A stretch of 64,000 nucleotides of DNA from Candidatus Poribacteria bacterium (GTDB lineage Bacteria; Poribacteria; WGA-4E; WGA-3G): the NCBI GenBank assembly GCA_965214095.1, contig OZ243938.1, positions 4,352,001-4,416,000 of the forward strand. The letters are read 5' to 3'. The position numbers and the translations under genes were made by a program. This document shows, piece after piece, positions 39,152-48,706 of the stretch. The notes beneath the pieces were generated by a model that saw only the letters and a program-made list of their open reading frames with translations, had not been told where the DNA came from and ran no database searches. The stretch's first letter is position 1. Every line of letters starts with the position of its first letter.

Positions 39152-39235
39152 CTATCCGGACCTATCTGAATTTTTTGGTTAATGGATATATTATAATATA
39201 TTAATTGATGGATTGCAATATTTTGTGATGCAAAC

Positions 39236-39475
39236 CAGGGTTATTTAGTTTTCGGTAATTCTGATAGATTTGTTCACATATCAATATAAAGCAATGCATA
39301 GTAGTAGGCACACTCCGTGTGCCGTATACCTTAAAGCACAAGATAGACGGCACACGGAGTGTGCCTACTACCATGAACATTTATGAAGAAAAGGAGCGTG
39401 GGTCTAAACGCAACTCATACTATAAACTTTCAGCAATGCCGTTCAGTTGATATTTCTTAAAACTAAATAATCCTG
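39236..39475. mobile_element. 240-bp MITE with REP doublet cargo and near-perfect 9-bp TSD
   Basis: CAGGGTTATTTAGTTTT / AAAACTAAATAATCCTG (16/17); flanks GATGCAAAC / GGTGCAAAC. Confidence 0.75.
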
Positions 39476-39602
39476 GGTGCAAACAGATTTTCATGGATTT
39501 TTTTAGCAATATATGATAGAATATCTATACATTTATAAAAAATATGTCATAATATATAAAGTGTAATATACTTTCGTTAATAATTTAAAGGATAATTTCT
39601 AA

Positions 39603-39944
39603 ATGCCAATAGACACAGTTACTTTGCCACCAGGACACTATATTATTGCCGACCCTGATTATTATAAGGATTATGAACCTTACGCCTATTTTTGGACTGG
39701 TGGAGATGGTGCATTCTACGATAACTTAGAAAATTGTTATTATGTAGATTCTGCAATGCTATCAGTATTTCAAGTAGAAAATAAACCACAAAATGTCCCT
39801 GAAGGAACACACTACTTCAATTTCAAAACGCCATGGAAAATTGACTTCAATCAACATGGGGTTTTAGAACAACTCAAAATCACAGTTCTCTCATTCAAAG
39901 ATATCAGTCCTGATTTTTTCGAACCTATGGTTTTCAATAGTTGA
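39603..39944 (+). CDS. Hypothetical protein upstream of dndC
   Basis: AAGGGA RBS; aromatic-rich, DP.Y and TGGDG.F.D. Confidence 0.6.
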   Translation: MPIDTVTLPPGHYIIADPDYYKDYEPYAYFWTGGDGAFYDNLENCYYVDSAMLSVFQVENKPQNVPEGTHYFNFKTPWKIDFNQHGVLEQLKITVLSFKDISPDFFEPMVFNS

Positions 39945-40037
39945 TTTACTTTCGTCCGATAACATTGTTTGTTTCTAATCCAAATGAAACGTCAATCTGT
40001 AACGGAACGTTTTTCTTTTGAAGGAAGGTACGGAAAT

Positions 40038-41444
40038 ATGGCAGATACATCTTACAGTATCTTTGATACACGCACTCCAGAAGACATTCACCAAGAAATA
40101 CAACAAGTTTATCTTGAAAACGCGCGTCCTTGGGTAATTGGGTACAGCGGTGGAAAAGATTCTACTACAGCACTCCAACTAATATGGTATGCCCTTTCAG
40201 AATTACCGCCAGAAAAGCTTGAGTTTCCTGTTTTTGTGGTGTCTTCTGATACGCTCGTTGAAACTCCTGTCATCGTAAGTTACATAACGGGCACGCTGGA
40301 CAAACTTGAAGCAGTTGCGCGTGAAAAAAATATGCCTTTTCATACACAGATTGTCCGGCCAATTACTGAGGAAACTTTCTGGGTCAACTTGATTGGGAAA
40401 GGATATCCTGCTCCATATTCGCGATTTCGGTGGTGCACTGACCGAATGAAAATAAAACCTGCAAACCGGTTTATTTTGGATAAAGTTGCAGAATATGGTG
40501 AAGTAATTATGGTACTGGGTGTTCGTAAGGGGGAGAGTAATACACGTGATCAAGTTTTAAGTCTACACAGTATACAAAACTCTCTGCTTATGCGACATAC
40601 TACATTACCGAATGCTTATGTTTATGCACCTATTGTTAATTTTTCATTAGAGGATGTCTGGATGTACCTGTTATCCAATCCATCCCCTTGGGGAGGTGAC
40701 AATAGACAATTAGTCACTCTCTATCGAAATACGAATGCTCAAGGTGAATGTCCACTCGTCGTAGATGAAACTACCCCTTCCTGTGGAAATAGCCGCTTTG
40801 GATGTTGGACATGCACTGTTGTAACAAAAGACAAAGCAATGGAAGGTTTGATTGATAACGGAGAAGATTGGATGCTGCCTTTGCTGAATTTCCGAGATTT
40901 CCTTGCAGATACCCAAGATCCTGAAAAAAAGCATGAAATTCGCGAACATCGTCGTAGCAACGGAAGAATAACGTTCGATGAGAATGATAAACTCATACGT
41001 GGTCCCTATACCCTTGACTTTTGTAAAGAACTATTGACAAGACTGCTTAAAACGCAAGAAAAAGTTCGTAAAGACGGTCCAGACTCGGATATGAAACTCA
41101 TCACTGACGACGAACTTGAGGAAATTCGCAGAATCTGGAGAACCAATCGCCAAGATTGGGAGGATGCAGTACCACAGATTTATTCTGAAGTCGTCGGTGA
41201 ACGAGAGTGGATTGCTGACGATACAACGGCTTTTACTGCATCTGATAAGGAGTTGTTATCAAAAATCTGTGACGAGAATGGAGTGCCTGTTACACTTGTG
41301 GCAAAATTGTTAGATACTGAACGTCAGATGGATGGCATGAGTCGGCGCTCAGGAATCCAATCCAGAATTGACACTATTTTCCATGAAGATTGGCGTTCTG
41401 AAGAAGAGGCCCGTAATAGCTTAGATGGTAGTGTACAACAATGA
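40038..41444 (+). CDS. dndC: DNA phosphorothioation sulfurtransferase DndC
   Basis: PWVIGYSGGKDST, SDTLVE, RWCTDRMKI, GVRKGES, CPLVVD..TPSCGNSRFGCWTC. Confidence 0.95.
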   Translation: MADTSYSIFDTRTPEDIHQEIQQVYLENARPWVIGYSGGKDSTTALQLIWYALSELPPEKLEFPVFVVSSDTLVETPVIVSYITGTLDKLEAVAREKNMPFHTQIVRPITEETFWVNLIGKGYPAPYSRFRWCTDRMKIKPANRFILDKVAEYGEVIMVLGVRKGESNTRDQVLSLHSIQNSLLMRHTTLPNAYVYAPIVNFSLEDVWMYLLSNPSPWGGDNRQLVTLYRNTNAQGECPLVVDETTPSCGNSRFGCWTCTVVTKDKAMEGLIDNGEDWMLPLLNFRDFLADTQDPEKKHEIREHRRSNGRITFDENDKLIRGPYTLDFCKELLTRLLKTQEKVRKDGPDSDMKLITDDELEEIRRIWRTNRQDWEDAVPQIYSEVVGEREWIADDTTAFTASDKELLSKICDENGVPVTLVAKLLDTERQMDGMSRRSGIQSRIDTIFHEDWRSEEEARNSLDGSVQQ

Positions 41445-43453
41445 TTCTCCACAAACTCACACTTAATAATTTCGGTTTGTTCCGTGGTCGGCAAACTATT
41501 ACACTCACCCCATATAACAGTAGACCTATAATCCTCATTGGTGGCATGAATGGTTCTGGTAAAACAACTTTGCTTGATGCAGTCAGGCTTTGTCTCTACG
41601 GTAAACGTTCCTTAGGTTCTCGTGTATCTCCTAATGAATATCATGAATATCTCGCTGCAATGATCCATCGCACTCCATCTCAAAAAATACAATTGAATCA
41701 AGCATCGGTCTCACTTGAGTTTGAATATGCACGGGGTGGTGAACGAAAACTCTGTAGTGTTGAACGTGAATGGAAACAATTCGGAAAGAGTAACCGTTCT
41801 GTAAAAGAGGGTCTAACATTCAGTGAAGACAAGAGTCAGAATGTAATGTCCGAAGCATCACACTTGCAAGATCATATCAATGAACTTATTCCAGTTGGTG
41901 TATCACAATTTTTCTTTTTTGACGGAGAAGATATTCAGAAATTGGTTGATGACACAAGCCATGATGAATTTCTTGCAGATTCAATAAAAGCATTGCTTGG
42001 AATTAATTATGTGGAAAGGTTACAATCGGATTTACGAATATATGCAAACCGATTGATCAAACGAGATAGTCCAGAACCTGTTCAAACAGAAATAGAAGCA
42101 ATAGAATGTGAAATCTCTTCTCTACAATCGTCTCTATCAGATGCAGAAGATCTTAATAAAACACTACATGCTGAAATTGAGAAATTAGAAGCACAGATTG
42201 AACGTCAAGAATCACGCATAGCTTCTGAAGGTGGTCTTTATGCTAAGAAAAGGGATAAGTTTATTCTACAGCAAGGACAACTCCTTGCAGATATCGAAGC
42301 ATTGGAAAATGACATTCGGGATTTTTGTGAAGACATATTCCCATTTTCATTAGTACCGGAATTACTTGGTAAGTTAAGAGATAGACTGATAAAAGAGATT
42401 GAATTGGATGAGTGGGAGTCAGAAAAACGTGTTTTGAAAAAACAGAATGATGAATTACTTGAAACTCTTGCCTCTGCTATACTATGGGAGGATGCTTCCT
42501 TAAATGATGCACAGATTAAAGCTGTTCGTTCCAAACTCTCTCCAATTTTGAAAAAACGAATTGAACGTCCAAAGGAATTACGCGGATTCAAGAAAATCCG
42601 GGACCGTTCACCTTCTGAATACGCAAATCTATTTGAGTGGATTGATGCGTGTCTAGACGTTGTTCCTACAGAATTTGCTGAATTGAACAATACATTGAGA
42701 GAAACACAATCTGAATTAGAAAAGGTTGAGGCGTTACTACAGAGAGCTCCAACAGAAGAAGTGCTAAAACCAATGATTGAAAAACTATCTGAATTAAATC
42801 AGAAACTTGGTCAGTTAAACAAGCAAGTGCAAGAAACAGACGACTCAATCCACTCTACATCCTATCAACTTGATGTTGCTGAACGTAAACTTGATAGATT
42901 GCGTTATAATCAGCAGCTTGCACAAGAACATATTCAACGCCAAGGACGGGTAAACGAAGTGCAGTCAGTTCTTTCCAAATATACAAGTCAACTGTTACAA
43001 ACAAAATTGTCAACACTAGGTAATGCTATCGTTGAGAGTTTCAATCAACTATCACATAAAACGAATCGAATTAAACATGTCGAAATTGATTCCCAGACGT
43101 TCAAGGTAACCCTTTATGATGCGAACAACAATCCGTTGTCAAAAAATGAATTGTCTGCAGGTGAAAAACAGATATATACAACAGCTTTATTATGGGGATT
43201 GGCAAAAACATCTGGAAAACCACTCCCAATGATTCTTGACACACCCCTCGGACGTTTAGATACCAGTCACCGCAAACTTCTTGTTGAACGTTATTTTCCG
43301 AACGTTAGCCACCAAGTCATACTGCTCTCTACTGACACTGAAATTGACGAACATTTACTCTCACTTTTGGAACCTTGTGTCTCACACACGTTCCATTTAG
43401 AGTATCAAAAATCAGACGAACACTCCGACATTAAAGAGGGTTATTTCGGGTAG
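41441..43453 (+). CDS. dndD: DNA sulfur modification ATPase DndD
   Basis: LIGGMNGSGKTT, FFFFDGE, LSAGEKQ, LDTPLGRLD, SHQVILLSTDTEI; ATGA overlap with dndC. Confidence 0.95.
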   Translation: MILHKLTLNNFGLFRGRQTITLTPYNSRPIILIGGMNGSGKTTLLDAVRLCLYGKRSLGSRVSPNEYHEYLAAMIHRTPSQKIQLNQASVSLEFEYARGGERKLCSVEREWKQFGKSNRSVKEGLTFSEDKSQNVMSEASHLQDHINELIPVGVSQFFFFDGEDIQKLVDDTSHDEFLADSIKALLGINYVERLQSDLRIYANRLIKRDSPEPVQTEIEAIECEISSLQSSLSDAEDLNKTLHAEIEKLEAQIERQESRIASEGGLYAKKRDKFILQQGQLLADIEALENDIRDFCEDIFPFSLVPELLGKLRDRLIKEIELDEWESEKRVLKKQNDELLETLASAILWEDASLNDAQIKAVRSKLSPILKKRIERPKELRGFKKIRDRSPSEYANLFEWIDACLDVVPTEFAELNNTLRETQSELEKVEALLQRAPTEEVLKPMIEKLSELNQKLGQLNKQVQETDDSIHSTSYQLDVAERKLDRLRYNQQLAQEHIQRQGRVNEVQSVLSKYTSQLLQTKLSTLGNAIVESFNQLSHKTNRIKHVEIDSQTFKVTLYDANNNPLSKNELSAGEKQIYTTALLWGLAKTSGKPLPMILDTPLGRLDTSHRKLLVERYFPNVSHQVILLSTDTEIDEHLLSLLEPCVSHTFHLEYQKSDEHSDIKEGYFG

Positions 43454-43459
43454 GGTTTT

Positions 43460-43822
43460 ATGCAGTTAAACAGAATTCATATCTCAGAAGATTCACGTCA
43501 TAAGCTCAGCATTCTGAAAGGAAGGACAGGATTACTTCCGAATGTTCTCAGCAGAATCGGATTGATGCTTTCCCTCGCAGAATCTAATGAACCCGAACTT
43601 GATGCAGATACATCAGATGGATCGGAATTCAATCGTTTTACGTTGATGGGAGAATGGGATCCGCTGATTGTTGCATTATTGGAGGAAAAAGGGATTGATA
43701 ACGGTATGTGTGAGGATAATGAGATACTTGTAAAATATTTCCGTGCACATTTAAATCGTGGGGTTCGTTTGCTTTACGGTCGGGTTAAGAGGTTAGAGGA
43801 TTTCGGAAATATTTTGCCTTGA
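43460..43822 (+). CDS. dndE: DNA sulfur modification protein DndE
   Basis: LKGRTGLLPNVLSRIGLMLSL, EFNRFTLMGE, FRAHLNRG; follows dndD. Confidence 0.9.
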   Translation: MQLNRIHISEDSRHKLSILKGRTGLLPNVLSRIGLMLSLAESNEPELDADTSDGSEFNRFTLMGEWDPLIVALLEEKGIDNGMCEDNEILVKYFRAHLNRGVRLLYGRVKRLEDFGNILP

Positions 43823-43862
43823 GGACAGAAGGATTTGCCTCCTAATTCATGATTCCGAGACT

Positions 43863-45608
43863 TTATAATCGACTTCTGTTTAGTAATTCGTGAATTTCTT
43901 TAATACTTCCACCTCTCTTGCTAGGTAAGTTTCTTTGCGCGGAGTGATAGGCACCTGGATAAAATACAACGGCAGATTCCTTAACTCGTCCCCTGTTATA
44001 TGTGGTATAAATGTTATGTTTTATCTTACGTAGTTCCGCTTCCACTTGTTCTAATGTTAACTGTTTATCTACAAACGTCCCTAACAATCTTATGAATGCT
44101 CCCATATATTTAGCACACATCAGCAGCGAATCTTGATTTCCCCAGTCTTCAGAAAACACACTCTTAACTTGCGAAAAATAACTCTCTAACAATGTTCCTA
44201 CATTTTGGATAAGTATGTCATAAGTTTCTTCACCCTCGTCCGTACCTCCTATGCGTTCACCTATAATATTTCTAATAGCATTAAAACTCTCAAGTTTTGA
44301 GATACGAGCTAATTCTTCAATTACGGAAATAATTGGAATCGGTGTTTGGTCAAACTGATTTTTCTTGATAAATGCTTTTATCGCAAATATTCTTGCAAGA
44401 ACACCGTTAGGTTTAGAATCACATGTTTTTAGGACTTTTGCTGCAACAGATTCTGGTGTCTTTACATCAAGGACATCATACGAAATGAGAAGGATTAAAT
44501 CCCGTTTAACCTTGGTTTGCTCTCTGTTAATGGTGATGAAGGTTTGCGCTGCATAGCGGTTTATTTTTTCCGAGTCCTTTGTATTAAACTTGATCGCAGT
44601 CACAATCAGTTTTGACTCTCTCCTAACTTGTTCATCATCAGATAAAGTGTATGAAAACAAACGGTGTTGACCATCAATAACATCAATTGAAGCATATTCA
44701 AAAGGGATATGTAACCCATTTTCATCAATCTTACATTCTTTAGACAAGACTAATGTTAGATTAGTTGGAAAAGTAATCCTAGAGTTATCATTTATAAAAC
44801 CTGCTAAATTCTCTAATTTTTGGTGACTTAAAAGTCTTTGATAACCACTACTTGTTTTAGGAGTAGAATCATCAATTGATGTAGAGCGTTTTGCAGATAC
44901 AGTAAGCGGTTGTCCTTGATAACGGGCAACTCGGGCAACTCGTAAAAGCTCATCAGGTGTAAAAATCGCTACTACAATGGTAGCACGGGCTTGACCAGAA
45001 CCAAGGCTAATGTTAGTAAGTTCTAGGCATTTTCTAACTGGTAGAGAGTCACCTAAAACAGAATCTTTTAGATCTCTTGGTGTAATTTTCTGTGAAGCAA
45101 AAAACTCATATTTCGCTGTAGATTTAATAGCACGTTCAAGGTTTTTAAAATATTCCCAGTTTTCTTCATCAAAAATATGCAAACAATCTGTTTCAGGAAA
45201 ATCTGTTGGAGATATCTTTTGGATTGTTAATTCGCTGCTGGTTCCTATATACAAGTATCGCCAAGTTGATACACCGGTAAAGTTTGGTAGTTTATCTTTT
45301 GGAATTCCTTGGAAGTGAGAAAATAGTTTCAGTTTTTCTAATTGACATTCGTTGATTAATTTACAGTGTCTAATAAAACTTTTTATCTTTTTGCTGGGCT
45401 TACTTCTTTCAGTGGTAGTTTCAATTAGTATACAAACTCCCTTTTCCAAACAGACAATGTCAATCTCCAGGTGTCCGCTTGGTGATTCCTTGGGATAAAG
45501 ATTGCGGAGTGGAATTTGTCCGTGAGAACCGTAGCATTCAATCCCCATACCTTTTAAGGTCTTCAGTACCTCTCTCTCAAATCGCTGTCCTTTTTTGTCT
45601 TTTGACAT
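43863..45608 (-). CDS. DGQHR (DndB-like) domain protein with N-terminal PD-(D/E)xK-like nuclease domain
   Basis: GQRFEREV...EIDIV...ILIET; YQRLL, FPTNL, VIDGQHRLFSY, FITINREQ. Confidence 0.8.
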   Translation of the reverse strand: MSKDKKGQRFEREVLKTLKGMGIECYGSHGQIPLRNLYPKESPSGHLEIDIVCLEKGVCILIETTTERSKPSKKIKSFIRHCKLINECQLEKLKLFSHFQGIPKDKLPNFTGVSTWRYLYIGTSSELTIQKISPTDFPETDCLHIFDEENWEYFKNLERAIKSTAKYEFFASQKITPRDLKDSVLGDSLPVRKCLELTNISLGSGQARATIVVAIFTPDELLRVARVARYQGQPLTVSAKRSTSIDDSTPKTSSGYQRLLSHQKLENLAGFINDNSRITFPTNLTLVLSKECKIDENGLHIPFEYASIDVIDGQHRLFSYTLSDDEQVRRESKLIVTAIKFNTKDSEKINRYAAQTFITINREQTKVKRDLILLISYDVLDVKTPESVAAKVLKTCDSKPNGVLARIFAIKAFIKKNQFDQTPIPIISVIEELARISKLESFNAIRNIIGERIGGTDEGEETYDILIQNVGTLLESYFSQVKSVFSEDWGNQDSLLMCAKYMGAFIRLLGTFVDKQLTLEQVEAELRKIKHNIYTTYNRGRVKESAVVFYPGAYHSAQRNLPSKRGGSIKEIHELLNRSRL

Positions 45609-45645
45609 TATTTATTTCCTAACATCCAAAATTTCCAACTGAATT

Positions 45646-46101
45646 CTAGATAGAATCGTCTTGAATCCAATTCGCCAATAAATCAAGAAGATTGTCAATT
45701 TTATCACCAGGCATCTCACGTACTTCTTCCTCTATTTGTAGAATTCCCGCATTAGCGTATTCCTCTGCAATCCTTAAAATTTCGTTTCGGTCAGTTAATA
45801 CCTCAACTCCGTTTGTCTCAGTAACAGCCAATGCATCAAGCAAAGAAACTTCGTCTGTTGAAAATACTTGCCAATTGAAAATATCAGTTCCTTTTGCTAA
45901 AGGAATTCGTTCTTGATTTTTATATCCTAAAAATGTAGCTGACATGAAAAGGTTTTTCATGTTTTCAAAAGGTCGTGTATCTGTGTCCTTTTCTGAGATC
46001 TCTCTATCAGGACGTTTAGCTAGTTCTTGGTACGTTGAATGATGAGACTGATCAATAGAAATACGATATTGTTCTCTTGACTGTTGTTTAACATTTTTCA
46101 T
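45646..46101 (-). CDS. pbeD: PbeD-like small phosphorothioation-associated protein
   Basis: PF..MK.LFM.A..LGY, IAEEYANAG motifs; position after the SMC-like ATPase. Confidence 0.65.
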   Translation of the reverse strand: MKNVKQQSREQYRISIDQSHHSTYQELAKRPDREISEKDTDTRPFENMKNLFMSATFLGYKNQERIPLAKGTDIFNWQVFSTDEVSLLDALAVTETNGVEVLTDRNEILRIAEEYANAGILQIEEEVREMPGDKIDNLLDLLANWIQDDSI

Positions 46102-46111
46102 TATTATACTC

Positions 46112-46245
46112 CTAGTGCTAAGTCAAGTGTTAACTGATGGATATAATAGTATTTGGGAATCGGAGTCCCCTTCTACAATAAGTGGACAGTCGGTAGGAGC
46201 GATCTCCGAATCGCGAACTACAATAAAATGTTGACTAAGCACTAG
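46112..46245. repeat. MITE-like element with REPs between pbeC and pbeD
   Basis: CTAGTGCTAAGTCAA / TTGACTAAGCACTAG (14/15); GTAGGAGCGATCTCCGAATCGCG shared with about 38595. Confidence 0.75.
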
Positions 46246-46271
46246 CCAGTTGAGATACCTTATATTCATTT

Positions 46272-48224
46272 CTATGGTATACGTTTTATTGTAGTCGTCG
46301 TGTTTTTCAGATCTTCCTTAGTGAATTGCAACACATATTCTGCTCCAATTGATGACTCAAGTTTTGTCCGTGCATCACCATATAATTCTTCGTCTGTGAC
46401 AAATAAAACTAATTGATCCGCAATATCGGGAAAGACATCAACTATATTTTCTCTGTGTTCTTTGGAAAGTCTACCAAAAGGTGTGTCCATTACAATTGGA
46501 AAAGGTTCATTTTCCAAGTTTGGGATCATTCTCTTAACTGCCATTTTTGCAAGTGCGCCTATGAATGAGAGACTGAGAATCTGACGCTGCCCAGCTGACA
46601 TCTCAGGGAGCACATCATCACCAGAAACATCAATTACTAAAAGCTTATAATTTTCTGTGAGGGTAATTTCTACAAAATGGTCTGCATTTCTAACAAGACC
46701 TTTGAAAATTGGTTGAACTTCTTCTTGAATTTGTTCTCGCATATTTGCTGCATGCATCTCGTATATTTCAGCCATCGCCGAAGAAGCTGCATTGGTAAGT
46801 TCATAGGAACGTTTCAAAAGTTCTGTTGCAGTACTTAAACTTTCTTCCTTCTTTATATCTTCATCCAACTGGCTAATAATTCGATCAATTTCTTCAATTC
46901 GTCCTTTTGTAAGACTAATTTTATTTTCATAATCCCGTATATCCGATTCGTATCCCTTTCGGGCTGCTTCAAGCTGAGTGACCTCGTCATCATCAAAATT
47001 ACCAAGATTCTCCTTAATATTTTCTAAACGGATTTCATTTGTCTGGATTTTAGATTCTAACTCTTGGGCATTTCCCAAGGAGGATTTCAATTGCATTGGA
47101 ATTTTTTCCACCTCATCGTTCAACAATCTTTTTAAATTATTCTCAGTTTCGCTTATAGCATATTTCTCCGAGTCTGAAGTCACAGTATTCTCAAGTAAAT
47201 TTACGATATTTTGATATTCAATGCTTTCACTAGGAATTGGACGACCACACAAACAGTTAGTTTGACATAAAAGATCTTTCAAAAAGGCAGTAGGAATCCT
47301 ACTTGGAATATCATTTTTCTCAATTATTTCTAAGCATTTAAATATAACAGGTTTGGCCAAAGGAAAAAATCCTTTGTTAGCAAGAGCGCGTATTTCTATA
47401 CGACTATCTTCTTTATTATCTTTTAGTTTTTGTAATTCTAGCTCTATACTATTTCGTTCTTGGGCAAGTTCGCGAGATGATGCAATTGTTTTTAGTCTGT
47501 CATCTACATCTTGCTTTAAGTTTTTTGATGCCTCAATTTCAGCCTTTTTTTTCTCTATATCCTCGCAAAACTTGTCCCGCTGAGATTGTCTGTTTTCTCT
47601 CTCATCAAGTAATACCTTTAAATTACCTGTAGAATTTCGTTTAAGTTCTCTACGGTACTCTGAAGCGATATTTGTTAGGTGCCTCCGGCCTCGATCAATC
47701 TCTTCAATTCTAAGGACGTTGCGCACTGCATTCTGGATTTCCTCTTCGTTACCGGGTTTAGTAAAGTTATAAATCTGTTCCCCATCAAAAAAGAAATGAA
47801 CACTTACATCTTCGGGAATTATTGACTTAATCCGATCTGAGGCATCATCTTCCGTATGTTTACGTTTTAATCCGAAAGGATTATTACTTTTTAACAAAAA
47901 TGTTGTCTTATTATCTCCAAATGTAGATCTTTTTGCACAGTACTCATTTTCTCGATAGGTAAATCCGATTTCCACCAAGGTTTCAGCAGAATTATTTTCC
48001 CTCAAAGCACGTCTATTTTCTAACTTTCCAATATTGCCAAATTTTCTTCGCACAGACTCAGTTCCGTAAAAACACCAGTGGCAAGCCATAAATAATGAAG
48101 TCTTGCCAGCACCATTGGCTCCATGAATCACAGTAACATGACGAGATTCATCAGTTGTAAAGTAAAGAGACTGTTCACCGTAATAGGATCTAAAATTTTT
48201 TAATGTAATATAGTTAAGTTTCAA
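46272..48224 (-). CDS. pbeC: PbeC-like SMC/DndD-type ATPase
   Basis: HGANGAGKT, FFFDGE, CLCGR hook, MSAGQRQ, MDTPFGRL. Confidence 0.75.
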   Translation of the reverse strand: MKLNYITLKNFRSYYGEQSLYFTTDESRHVTVIHGANGAGKTSLFMACHWCFYGTESVRRKFGNIGKLENRRALRENNSAETLVEIGFTYRENEYCAKRSTFGDNKTTFLLKSNNPFGLKRKHTEDDASDRIKSIIPEDVSVHFFFDGEQIYNFTKPGNEEEIQNAVRNVLRIEEIDRGRRHLTNIASEYRRELKRNSTGNLKVLLDERENRQSQRDKFCEDIEKKKAEIEASKNLKQDVDDRLKTIASSRELAQERNSIELELQKLKDNKEDSRIEIRALANKGFFPLAKPVIFKCLEIIEKNDIPSRIPTAFLKDLLCQTNCLCGRPIPSESIEYQNIVNLLENTVTSDSEKYAISETENNLKRLLNDEVEKIPMQLKSSLGNAQELESKIQTNEIRLENIKENLGNFDDDEVTQLEAARKGYESDIRDYENKISLTKGRIEEIDRIISQLDEDIKKEESLSTATELLKRSYELTNAASSAMAEIYEMHAANMREQIQEEVQPIFKGLVRNADHFVEITLTENYKLLVIDVSGDDVLPEMSAGQRQILSLSFIGALAKMAVKRMIPNLENEPFPIVMDTPFGRLSKEHRENIVDVFPDIADQLVLFVTDEELYGDARTKLESSIGAEYVLQFTKEDLKNTTTTIKRIP

Positions 48225-48384
48225 GTTTCTTTATCTCCTCATGAATAATCTGCTCAATTGTATTTTTTATGCCTTTGGGCTTTATCATATCTATCCTTTC
48301 AAGTTCTGCTTTAAGTACTTTATCAATTACATTCCTCACTTCACTAGGTAAACTGTCCATATATTCTTCTATCTTATTTTTCAT
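48214..48384 (-). CDS. pbeB: PbeB-like 56-aa protein (not in ORF track)
   Basis: MKNKIEEYMDSLPSEVRNVIDKVLKAELERIDMIKPKGIKNTIEQIIHEEIKKLET; TAATG overlap with pbeA stop, GGAGG RBS, overlaps pbeC start. Confidence 0.7.
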   Translation of the reverse strand: MKNKIEEYMDSLPSEVRNVIDKVLKAELERIDMIKPKGIKNTIEQIIHEEIKKLET

Positions 48385-48706
48385 TATGATCCTCCTAATA
48401 TACCTAATAGATTATATATTTTAGCATAGTCATGTATATTAACACGTGCTTGATTCTTATTCAATGCTAATTCCGCAAATTCGTTAAACCTTCTCAATTC
48501 CTTTTCAACTATTTTACGCTCTGTGTCAAATGTTGAACTTGAATATTGCTGGTACCCAGAAGGTGGAACGGCAATTAGATCATGTATTTCAGCTTTTTCT
48601 TTGCCGTGTGCTTTACGAAGAATTCTACCCCGTCGTTGTATAAACTCCTTCGGATTACTGCTACTTGCAAGAATGTATGCCGTTTGGGTACTAGGCACAT
48701 CAACAC

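Noticed and set aside
39186-39203. Zur/Fur box (TATATTATAATATA palindrome)
   Set aside because: A pure-AT palindrome in an AT-rich region; the lineage motif is unknown, so it cannot be supported
46272-48224. Second dndD (duplicated modification operon)
   Set aside because: Opposite strand, follows a PLD-helicase and small protein, and has a CxC hook; fits PbeC better
48384-48698. Independent 104-aa gene
   Set aside because: C-terminal fragment of IS-split pbeA; its GTG lies within the duplicated target
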